Assembly (NCBI RefSeq): GCF_902459465.1
Contig: NC_047080.1
Coordinates: forward strand, 10,478,001-10,542,000
Length of the DNA: 64,000 nt
Direction: 5' to 3'
From: Asterias rubens
Taxonomy: Eukaryota
The position numbers were made by a program, and so were the translations under genes. Numbering within the stretch: position 1 is the first letter of the stretch; every line of letters begins with the position of its first letter. Shown here piece after piece: positions 35,225 to 47,400 of this stretch. The notes under the pieces were generated by a model, which searched no databases, was not told where the DNA came from, and saw only the letters and a list, made by a program, of their open reading frames with translations.

Positions 35225-35600
35225 GTAAAGGCACTGGACACCTTTGGTAATATTGTCAAAAACCAGTATTCTCACTTGGTGTATATCCTAACATTTGCAC
35301 AAAATAACAAACCTGTGAAAACTAGGCCTTGATTATTCTTCGACGTTGCTACAAAGTAATGAAAGAAACACCCTTGTCGCACAATGATTTCAGATGCCTA
35401 ATAAAAAATTTCAGGCCTGACAGTCTTTTAGTATTTGAGTGAGAAATGATCACTTTCTCAAAATCTACGTTACATCAGAGGGAGCTGTTTCTCACAATGT
35501 TTTATACTATCAACATCTCTCCATCGCTCGTTACCAATTAAGTGTGTAGGTATACTAAAAAATTATTTTGAGTAAATACCAATAGTGTCTATGCCTTTAA
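35225..35600 (+). mobile_element. MITE family K1 copy
   Basis: AGGCACTGGACAC ... GTGTCTATGCCT-TTAA. Confidence 0.8.
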
Positions 35601-35948
35601 CTTGAACCATTATTCAAAGCAATAAACCTGGCTGCCAATGCCATGCCGCACCATGCTATTTCTGAAAACACTCAAATCGGTGGGAGGTGAAGAAAAAGAT
35701 CGAAAGTCGTTAACTCTTTACTGACCAATTGATCAGTCGAATTTGTTATGTGGGACATGGTAGAGGGGGAATTTGGAACCGCTTGTTGTGTTTTAAATCC
35801 AATAATCTGAAGGAACAAACGGAATCTAAATATAGAGTGTGTTCTGTTTGGAAACGCGTTGGGAGTTCATGAAACTTAAAAGTGAGTTAGGTAAAGGATT
35901 GTATGCAATGCATCTTTACTGACCAATACTATTACATGATAAATCTGC

Positions 35949-36080
35949 NNNNNNNNNNNNNNNNNNNNNNNNNNNNNNNNNNNNNNNNNNNNNNNNNNNN
36001 NNNNNNNNNNNNNNNNNNNNNNNNNNNNNNNNNNNNNNNNNNNNNNNNNNNNNNNNNNNNNNNNNNNNNNNNNNNNNNNN
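35949..36080. other. Assembly gap (132 N)
   Basis: Run of n. Confidence 1.
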
Positions 36081-36496
36081 GTTTGTTGGGGGTGTTTGTT
36101 TGTTTGTTAATTTATTTTGCAAATATCACATGTTATCTTAGTATACATACATCTTAAAGAAGTCAACACATAATATGAAACAGGGGAGTACAATGAGTCA
36201 TTTTGAATTGCTACTTTTTAAAAACACGATGGAGCTGTACAGAGGTCAATGCAGACGATCACTATCCACAATCCACTTATTATCAAAGCATCATTGTTGA
36301 TCCACACTGAACACTCTCACCTTCATGACCCATTGTGATGATGAATTACTATCCATGATCCACTACACCAAATTAAATTATCGGCTAAGTAAAGCATCTT
36401 TGTCTATATCCACACTGAACCATCTCACCCCCATGACCCATCTTGAAGGAGGCTGATAAAGACGAACTTTCATTACAACACCGGATTATTGATTAT

Positions 36497-37105
36497 CCAC
36501 ACTGAACCCTCTCACCATCATGACCCACAGTAGCTATGGAGACCGTCTAATCCACTACCATATCAGCTGAACGTATAAGGCATCTTCTCTAGCCACACTG
36601 AACCCTCTCACCATCATGACCCACAGTAGCTATGGAGACCGTCTAATCCACTACCATATCAGCTGAGCGTATAAGGCATCTTCTCTAGCCACACTGAACC
36701 CTCTCACCATCATGACCCACAGTAGCTATGGAGACCGTCTAATCCACTACCACATCAGCTGAACGTATAAGGCATCTTCTCTATCCACACTAAACCCTCT
36801 CACCATCATGACCCACAGTAGCTATGGAGACCGTCTAATCCACTACCATATCAGCTGAACGTATAAGGCATCTTCTCTAGCCACACTGAACCCTCTCACC
36901 ATCATGACCCACAGTAGCTATGGAGACCGTCCAATCCACTACCACATCAGCTGAACGTATAAGGCATCTTCTCTATCCACACTAAACCCTCTCACCATCA
37001 TGACCCACAGTAGCTATGGAGACCGTCTAATCCACTACCACATCAGCTGAACGTATTAGGCATCTTCTCTATCCACACTGAGCCATCTCACCCCCATGAC
37101 TCACC
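36497..37105. repeat. 96-bp tandem repeat, 6 full units with degenerate flanking units
   Basis: Units start at 36497, 36593, 36689, 36785, 36881, 36977, 37073; stops in all six frames. Confidence 0.95.
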
Positions 37106-37406
37106 GTATGGAGGAGATAGCTGACGATGAGGAGCTTATTAAAAGTATATCGGCTCTGTACATTTCGAGCAGCGTTTTCTGCGTAACAGCTCTACGAAAT
37201 TAAACCCAGGTTTTACCTTTTGGGTATCTCGCTTAATAACGAAGCCCATAGCTATGGCTATATGAACTCACTGCTGGGTGAATATAGGTCGAATATCAAA
37301 TACACCAGGCTCTAGTGATAAAGGTCTGCAGGGCTCTCTCAGAAGGTTAAACTTCTCTCGGTTAGCATAGTGGCGTGACGTCGGTATGTGAAGCATCTAC
37401 GGCCAG

Positions 37407-37437
<31 letters not shown>

Positions 37438-39880
37438 ACCTAGGCCGGGCTCTGTGTGCTTAAGTCGGTATCTCCACACTGCCTCATGCGTACAAACTGT
37501 CACACCACAAAGTGTACGAGTAGAGAGAAGTTTGTAATGGACTGATGTGTGAGGATTTGTCCGTTAATGTACCGTGGTTGTGCAGTGTGTGCTGTGTTGA
37601 TCAGTGCGTCACATCATCGTGTGAGGACTCGAGAGTAGGAGGAGGCAAGCTCCCGTAGTAAATTGAGAATTCTCCGGGTTTGTTTGTGTCGCCTTTCAAT
37701 AAACATGAATGTTTAATACAACCAGCGTGAATTACGACTGTTTTTCCTGACTCTCTCTCTCTCGGTGTGCTGGACTCTGTGTAATGTCGAGACTGCATCA
37801 CAACTGGGGTAGCATCATTACATCTTCCCCGGTGTAGGGTGACAATGTATGGCACCAGCAACAATTCCGTCTGGTTATGAAGAAACTTTGGAGTGCATCT
37901 ATATATTCTGCTTCGAGTATCGACCATTTGTATCAATGAAAACTAATTCTGAAGCCTAAAGACCAACTAGTGATGACAGATTTATATAAGGAATTCGGTC
38001 AACCGGCAGAAAATAAAGATGTTGTGTGTTATACTAGAGTCACCTCTTGGTGGATCTGAAGGATGCAGGGATAGGATCAGATTATTTGATATGAGCGATG
38101 CCAGGGATAACTTACGCATAGTGTCGATGGTTGGGTTTAACTCCAAGGTTTTAAATCCAATTTTCAACTCAAGAGGGAGTTAAGGGATTTAAGCAGGATT
38201 AAAGGGAGTGCAGACGGACCCATATAGCAGTCGAAACCCCAGGTTACCTACAGCGTTGGAAGTTAACAACATAACCTACTTTTATTCAAATCAGGTAGTA
38301 GACCTCAGGAGAGAAAAAAAAACTTGAACACCGTGAACTATTCCCCCAGGAGTGCAAGGTCTAAAACGTACGTCGACATCAGTGCTCCAAACCGAAACGG
38401 GTTTACAAGGTGAAGTTTTTAGCCTACGTTGAGAGGGGCATCTCAAGGGTTAATGGATGCAGCTAGTACGAGAATAAATATAGTTGAATTCGCAATTGAG
38501 GGTTACTCTCATAATTTGTGTATGCAAGTTTTTTTCAACACAGTTGTCTACGATTATACAAGAAAGAAGAAAAAAAAAACACCGACAAATAATCTGTTTT
38601 TGGATCTCTTGTGGATGACATGGACTTGACCCCGTGTGAGTTGACTTGAGTTTCCACGCTGTACTGCATGCCGTTGGTGTGTGCTGCATGTGTAGAGTTC
38701 ATCTGTGTGAAACGAGTGGTGTATTGGTATACTCATACTGTGGTGGAATAAAAATAAATAATGTATTGTGGTCGCTGCGTTGGAACTGTAACCTCGAGTT
38801 TTGAAGGAAGTTAACTGTGTTATGTAATAAGTGAATTTGTTCTGTGGTTAATTAATTCACAATATTGCATTCTGGCAGCAAGTGATGTTTGCACTGTATA
38901 CACACAGTGGTGGTTGAATTACCACAAGTGAAATTTATCTTGGACGCCAGTTGGCTGTTTATCGTGTACGCATTTACACCGTGCATGCTTTCGCGTACAA
39001 GAGGTTCCTATAGCTACCGAGAAGTACAAAATACATGGACAGACTGCAAACTGAAACCATTAAAACTGAATCTACTCAACTGTATGTAACGAGTGTTTTT
39101 CCTTCTGTGAGATTATTATACTGTGCTAGTGTGGGTTATGCACTGTTTGGTAGTTTCATGGTTCATGTATTTACTCCGTGAATAAATAACACAACTGCTG
39201 AGTAAACAAGCAACGAGCAAGTTAGTGCTGGTAATGGTATTAGTACACGGGTAGTCTGTGGTTGTGTTTTGATCCTGGGGGTTGATATTGATAAAGTAGC
39301 AACCGGAATACATGGACTCTAAAGGCAAAGCTGGACAACACCACTGAACAACTAGAGTTTCAAGTAATGGCCAAACAGATTTAGCACAAAGTAGAGTTAT
39401 ACTGGACCTACCCAAGGCTACCAATGTCGCAAGCTACCAGCAGTATTCCTGGGTAACACCCATGGGTCCATTGTTGCCAACATACGGGCTTCCATTGTTC
39501 CGTGACCAGCCGACCGTTCGGTCTGTGTTTTGTTCGGTGCTCGGAGCAAAAGACCCATGTTATACTCGCCCTATAAAGATGGAGGACTACTGTTCTAAAT
39601 GGTATGTACATTTTTGGTTAGAATTTGGTATATTGTTGGAGTGGATTACGGGGGTGGTTTAGCAAGACAGTGCTAGAAAGTACCTCCCGTTTACTGGGTA
39701 GTTAGTTGATGCATAGAGCAAGGACCGTTGGTTGATGGGACGTTGTATGTGTTGAACCCTTCCTCAAGGTTGTGAACCATTACTTCCTCGTTAAACCATG
39801 GTTGAACTGACGAGAATATAACTTGCGAAGAGAGTTGAACACTAATAATCATTCTCTGTTGTTTTGTTTTACTCCACTAG

Positions 39881-39909
39881 ACTCAGGACTGCATTCTAAC
39901 ACTACCAGC
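39881..39909 (+). other. Candidate 29-nt micro-exon upstream of FAM78
   Basis: Long pyrimidine tract ending actccactag, then 29 nt, then a gtaagt donor. Confidence 0.4.
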
Positions 39910-40954
39910 GTAAGTCAAATGACTGTATCGTCATCTCTTGGCAACCATCACAGTTGTTTTTAAAAGAGTTTCCTGTCAGTTCATTCTCAGGGAAAAGGAA
40001 AAACATGGCCTCCCAACATGGTCTGGTAGCCGATGATATAGACCGGATGCAGCAAGTTAGTGTGACTCCAATCAGATCTTCTATTCCAGTCATGAGGCTA
40101 TGGAGGGGTCCGGGACCCTGCTTGATGCTGGCTTCCTCTATTGGCCATTATCTCCAGATCCACTCGTTTCCCCATTAATGCCGGTGGAAATGACATCAGA
40201 GGAAAATCCAGATTGTGGCCCCGCCGTCAGTTGTTGTAGTAGCTGTGCTCGTTTTGTCCACCGTCATAAGCTGCTGGACCCCGGCCCGGATCTGAGCAGC
40301 TCCTCACTCCACGCCAGACCTGGTTGTTGGGACGACAGAGTGAGAGTTGAACTCCTAGGACCTGTTGTTGAGTCGAAAAGTTTTGCTTACCACGACCGAG
40401 CGTGTTCTCTGGATCCAAGCAGACCGGGGCTTAGTCAGTCCCTACGGGGGATTCATCACCACTTCCCCCATCAAGAACTTCTCAACAAGTCTACAGAAAG
40501 CTATAGTTTCTACCCAGCTTCAACATTGAATCAGCTGCTGCCTAGTCTGCTTATCTGTCTGCTGTTGTTTTTGTACTTTGTGAACAAAGTGAATTGCTAC
40601 CAAACTCATTTGGATTTTATACCCGGTCTTTTGATACAACTTTTGTTGCTGTGTATACTACCACCGACAACACTTGTTGAAATATTGAAACTATCTTGGA
40701 ACCATGTATTATTAGCATCTTCAAAATCTGTTCAGAACTCAAAAAAGTTTTCAACTGGAGTTGAACAAACTAAAGTTAACATATCAACGTCGGTGCCAAG
40801 TGAGCTTACTTTTTCTCCATCACTCGCGTTGTTAACAAAGTTTATAAACTTGTGTAAACTTGGTTATTCGAGTGAGCAAATCGGTGCTGAGGTTAAAACA
40901 CGGGTATTTTATCCCGCTCCGCTCAAAATTATTGCAAATAAAGTTCCACAAACT

Positions 40955-40963
40955 TATATAAAG
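40955..40963 (+). promoter_or_regulatory. Candidate TATA box of a proximal FAM78 promoter
   Basis: TATATAAAG about 210 nt upstream of ATG 41171, with no other ATG seen in between. Confidence 0.35.
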
Positions 40964-41170
40964 TTGTCGGATACAAAACCCTCGCAGAGTGGTACGACAC
41001 TCGACTCGTACGTGTGTGGAACTAAAATAAGTCTTCGGATACTCAAGCGCCCAGAAGAAGAAGCTGGCGCTTTTCGAGAAGCGATTGTGAACTTTCTGAC
41101 TTGCATCTTTCCTTTCGTCGCCGACCTAGGACGAGCTAGTTATACCCCACGACTCTTCCAGCACTTGCCG

Positions 41171-44100
41171 ATGGGGTGCATACTGCCAAAACGCCAGAAG
41201 AACCTCGGTCTTGAAGGTGATATCAAAGTGTACGACCTCCATGCGATCATCGACCCGCATCCGACCACGCTCATCGAGAACTCCCCGACCGTGCTGAAGT
41301 ACCAGACGCCGCACTTCCGCGCCTCGGCCCGGGTTCGATTCCCACCCGTGAGCGGCAATGACACGTGGCAGATCGGATGGGTACAAGGTTGTAATAATAT
41401 GGACTTCACCATCTCCTACGGCAATCTGGGAACGTAAGTTTCACTTTTATATTTAATTTTTGTGACAAAAATTAACCTTTTGTTTTTTTTAGTGGACTGG
41501 AAGGCTCCTAGGCCGTTTTCAGATATGGCGGACACAATACTAGAATACCAGGCTAGGGTAAATCTGTTTGTATACACCCAAACCAAAATGTGCACTCCCA
41601 TGATTGTGTCCACCATATCTCAAAAAGGCTGATGAAAACACGCATACCATCAACTTCAAGATAAAGTACGTCTCGTCTGGCGCTACCTGGAACTTCCCCT
41701 CATAAGAACAATTAAATACAGTGCACAGTTCTCCATCAAGTATATGCTTGTATTTAAAAACTTTAAATACAGAATTGAGTGAAAACTAACACAACCGAAA
41801 AGGTGTAAAAGAAGAAAACGTCTGTCCACAAAAAATTGCACTGCTCTGCAGTGCTACCTAACAAGGGGTCGATTTCTCAAAGAGTTAGGACTAGTCCTTT
41901 ACTTAAGACAATATGTAGTCCTAGGAGGATATGAAAAATTTGAGGCTAGTCCTACGTTATAAGACTAGTCATAACTCTTGGTGAAATCCGCCCTAGAGCA
42001 TTATTATTTACTGAACTGACTGTGTACATGAACATATCACGTTGTGTATGGTTTGAATAAGCCTGGAAAATATGTGTTGCCAGAGTTGTACTTCGTTGTT
42101 GAACACCACTCGGATTGACTCGACAAGTTCCTCCATAAGCCATTGAACACAACAACAACAACAACGAAACAACAACAGCACTAAAACAGCCACAACAACA
42201 AACTATAACATAGAACTTCCCCTACACTCTTATCGCACTAAAGTTCAAAGTTCATTCCCTTTGTAATGTTGGTATCTCATTCTAAATGCGTAGTTCATAT
42301 TATCATAATCAATTTAAGTTCATCATTTCCTCTTTCCTTACACTATTTTAGAACCACCGCCTCAAAACAGTTAATCATTTTGCCAGATTGATCTATAGTC
42401 ATCATAGTAAGCGTACGGACTTAAAGGCAGTGGAAACTATTGGTAATTACTCAAATACATGTAATTGTGTTAGGATACAACCTTACTTGGTAACGAGTAA
42501 TGGGGAGAGGATGTTAGTATAAAACATTGTGAGAAACAGCTCCCACTAAAGTAACGTAGTTTTCGAGAAACAGGTAATTTCTCACCGAATATTTGAATTC
42601 AAGCATTTGAAAGCACACAACTTGTGCGACAAGGGTGTCTTTTCTCCCATTATTCTCTCGCAACTTCGACGACTAGTTTAGTTAATTTTTTACAGGTTTG
42701 TTATTTTATGCATTTAAATGTTGAGATACCCCCTAGTGAGAAGACTGGTCTTTGAAAATAACCAAAAGGTTGCCCAGTGCCGATAAGTCGATATTTGGTG
42801 GCAATATTTCATATAGAGCACGTGAGATCAACGCACCAGCATATTTTATGTAAAACGGCAATGGAAAAATGTTTGTGTCTGTACCAACTGGGGTTAAACT
42901 CTCTGTTAAATAAACATAAAATGACTCATTTTCCTTATTCATTAATCAGCGAATGAGAAATGCTCGCGAGTGCAGTCAACTGTAATATAAACATATTAAT
43001 TTTGTTTGTGCTTTCACACACTGAATTACAACAGGTGTGACAGCTAATTATGGTGAGATAAAAGGAACACGTTGCCTTGGATCGGTCGAGTTGGTCACTG
43101 AAAAGCATTTGTAACCGTTTGTTATAAAATGCATATAGGTAGAAAGATATTGTAAAAGTAGAATACAATGATCCACACAAACATGCCTCGAAATTGCACG
43201 GTTTTCCTTTTACCTCGTCGACTAACACGGTCGGCCATTTATGGGAGTCAAATTTTTGACTCCCATGTATGGCCGACCGTGTTAGTTCGCACAGTAAAAG
43301 GAAAACCACGCAATTTCAAGGCAAACTTGTGTGGATCATTGTATTCTACTTTTACAACATCTTTCTACCCATATGCATTCTATGATCACTGAAGTGGAGT
43401 TCGTCATGAGTTTGCCAACCCAAGTTCGTTTGGGTTATTCAAATGGCGGCGCCCATGACCAAACTTCATGGTTGAGCGAGTCCTCGTTTTCAGAAACTGT
43501 AACTTAAAAATATTCTCATATTATACAGACCTATATGAGAAACTTAATGAACCACGGTGTGTGATGTTTCTTAATGGTAATATCATGATCACTGAAGTGG
43601 AGTTCGTCATGAGTTTGCCAACCCAAGTTCGTTTGGGTTATTCAAATGGCGGCGCCCATGACCAAACTTCATGGTTGAGCGAGTACTTGTTTGCAGAAAC
43701 TCTAACTCAAAGATATTCTCATATTATACAGACCGTTATGGGAAACTTAATGAACCACGGTGTGTGGTGTTTCTTAATGGTATTATCATGATCACTGAAG
43801 TGGAAAATGTGTGACAAAGAGTTTGTCATGACTATGACAAACGCAGTTCGGGTTATTCAAAATGGCTGCGCCCATGACCAAACTTCATGGTTGAGTGAGT
43901 GCTTGTTTCAGAAACTGTTACTCGATGACATTTTCTAATCAGACCGATTAGAGAAACAAAACGGACCACAACGTGTGATTTGTTTCTTAATTTAAAGATA
44001 AATTTATCTATGTCCTGCTTATGTATTAGGTTACTTATGTACAAAATATATTTTAAAAAAAGCTACGTTAATTTTTTTTTTTTTACTTCGGGTTGCGTAA

Positions 44101-44418
44101 GACTTCAGCAAACCTTCAATTAAAACGTCAAGTCATGGTGTTGTAAAAGGAAGGTTTTTGCTCAGTGACGGATTATTTATGTAAAGATCACACGCACTTT
44201 GATTGAACAGACATTGCAATACAGTCACCCAGACCAATAAGTTCACGTGCGATACAAGAACTTTCATGTCAACCTTGTCCACAGTCGTCGATAATACTAC
44301 TTTAATCTGCTCAACCCCCATCCCAGTCCATGACATGCTTTACGAGTCACATTACCGAGTGACAAGAAATATGATCTATTTACCAGACGGGTCTATGGGG
44401 GTAAATTGCGCATCACGC

Positions 44419-44449
<31 letters not shown>

Positions 44450-47400
44450 CGATTTAGAAAGTCATGACTACAAAATGTGCTGTAAGGCCCAGACCTCATC
44501 TCAGTTCTGAACACCCAAAGAATAAATAAAAATACGAGATGCGCCAGAAAGAAATGGAGGCCCTGTATGGTTTGTTTTTGAAAGGGCAAGGGGCACCTAG
44601 ACATTTTCTCCTTGGTAAAGGGCACCCTACGAGGAACTTGTACATTTGTACGAGAGCATTTTAAGGGCACGAAGGCAATGACCAGGGGGCATGAGAGATC
44701 ACCTTCGTTGCCTCCGTGGAGTATCAGGCCTATTGAATATGTATACATCCAGTCCTACTCAATACATCCATGGTGATCGTATTTTATTTGCGATTATCTG
44801 TGCTTCTGCAGCTCGATTATATAAATTCGATTAACAGATGGCGCTTATACGATTATAGTCAATACTTCACTTTATGACGAGTTATGATCGATTTTTTAAT
44901 ATACAGTCGATATTCTTCTATGTTGAAGCTTTGTAATCGTGTTTAAATGGCACACTCAATTGCTTTATATCCATTCGATTAGTCTGCTCATGCAAGGACC
45001 TACTTGATCATGGTTTGTGGTTAGTTCAACCACGTGTTCTGAGATAGGAATCTTGTTTGTAAAACAAGAGCTGTGGTTGGCATATAACGTGCCTTGGTTT
45101 GGCCTAAAGGTATGAACAAACAGGCCTAAAGGTGTTGCATAGAGGTATTAATAGCCTGACATAAAGGTATGAACAACCTGGCATAGAGGTATTTAAAGCC
45201 TGGCCTAAAGATATTAATAGCATTACATAAATGTATTAATAGCCATGCCTAAAGGTATTAATAGCATTGCATAAAAGTATTAATAGCCTGGCCTAAAGGT
45301 ACTAATAGCCTAGCCTAAAGGTATTTATAGCCTGGCCTAAAGGTATTAATAGCCTGGCCTAAAGGTATTAATAGCCTGGCCTAAAGGTATTAATAGCCTG
45401 GCCTAAAGGTATTAATAGCCTGGCCTAAAGGTATTAATAGCCTGGCCTAAAGGTATTAATAGCCTGGCCTAAAGGTATTAATAGCCTGGCCTAAAGGTCC
45501 TTAGTGTATGGATCGGGGTTTAAGTTTTATGATCACGAGAGTGACGATCTACTTTCGCCTATAATTACAACTTAAAGGCACTGGACACATGGGGTTATTG
45601 TCGAAGACCAGCATTTTTTGCTTGGGTGTATCCCAAATCTGTGAAAATTTGGACTCAATTGGTCATATCGAAGTTGAAGGAGAATTATGAAAAAAAGAAA
45701 AAACAATGCGCAGAAAATTTGTTGAACAATTTTCTGACTAGCAGAAATGAGCAGCATACCAATCTTAATGTGTACATGTGCCATGGTAGTTTGGCTGGTA
45801 CCCATTTTTCTGGTACGTAAGCATAAAGGACAGGTTGTATTAGCAATTTGTTCTGCTTTAGTAGCTGTTATAAGAAACTAGGCTGTGGGTCAAATCCAAT
45901 ACGGTGCGATACAGCCACCCGTAAATCATCTTGCGCATTAAACGTTAATACTACACGAACAGTTCAAACAAGATTAAATTGCCAGCCATTTCCGTAACAC
46001 AAATTGCTCTGGCGGCTTTCACTTCCCGCAACATGAAGTATACGTTGGGGCCTAGTTTGCCACGGTGGGTAATTTTCATCAGTTAATGCGGCAAATTCGG
46101 CAGACAGTGTACACGATTTTTTGGTTCATCTATAAATGCAAACCGACATGGGGTATTCCGTATACTATAGTCTCTTGCTGGTATAATATAATATGCCATT
46201 AATCTGTTTGTGCCAAAACGCAAGCGGTATAATGTGAGGCAATTACTTGTGACAATTTCTCCTGATCCCGGCTTGGGTTGCTGATTATTAAAGGCACTTG
46301 ACACGTTTGGTATCCTTACTCAAAACAGTTGTCAGCATAAAAACCTTACTTGGTAACAAGCAATGGAGAGAGCTGTTGATAGTATACCACATTATGAGAA
46401 ACGGCTTGCTCTGAAGTAACGTAGTCTTGAGAAAGAGGTAATTTCTCACTCAAATAATTAGGCATCTGAAAGCAAATAAAGTATATATGCAACAGGGGTG
46501 TTTTTCTTTCATTAATCTTTTGCAAATTCGATGACAAGTTAAGCCCAAATCTCCACAGGTTTGTTATCAATTAAATACATATGTTGGGATACACCAAGTG
46601 AGACAGTCTGGTCTTTGACAATTACCAAAGGTGACAAGTGCCTTTAAATGCTAGATGTGCCATTAATATGTTTGTGCAGAAACGCAAGCGGTTTAATGTG
46701 AGGCAATTACTTGTGACAATTTCTCTTGATCCCAGCTTTGTTTGCGGATCTTAAAGGCATGGCCCCCTTTTGGTCATTGTCAAAGGCCAGTATTTTCACT
46801 GGGTGTATCTCAACAGAATGCATGGAATAACAAACCTGTGAAAATGTTGACTTAATTGGTCTACGAAACGGCAAGAGAATAACGACAGGAAAAACACCCT
46901 TGTTGCACAAATTTGTGTGCTTTCAGATGCCTAATAAAAGCCTTCAGGCCCGAAGTCTTTACGTATTTGAGTGAGAAATTACCTCTTTCTCAAAAACTAC
47001 GTAACTTCAGAGGGAGCCGTTTCCCACAATGTTTAACACTGTCAACAGCCCTTCATTGCTCGTTATACCAAGTCAGTTTTTATGTTAAACATTATTTTGA
47101 GTAAAAAGCTAAGCCGTGGTTTCGAAACTGGCCGTATAGAATGCGTATACATTTTCCTAATATGATAAAACAAATTGGAGTGGGCGAAGTACAATGAACT
47201 AAAAATCTTAAAGACTAAACCCAGTGTGTCAACTGTCAACACGTTACGCTACACGAGTACTTTGTAGAAGCTGTGACGTCACAACAAGGACTGAACAATA
47301 GGTCGAGTTGGCCAAAGCTGACTGCAAATACCAAACAATGAAACTTTTCCAAGAGAATGGTTTTGTGGAATTTGAAGGCTGACATTTTATTTCAAACCCC

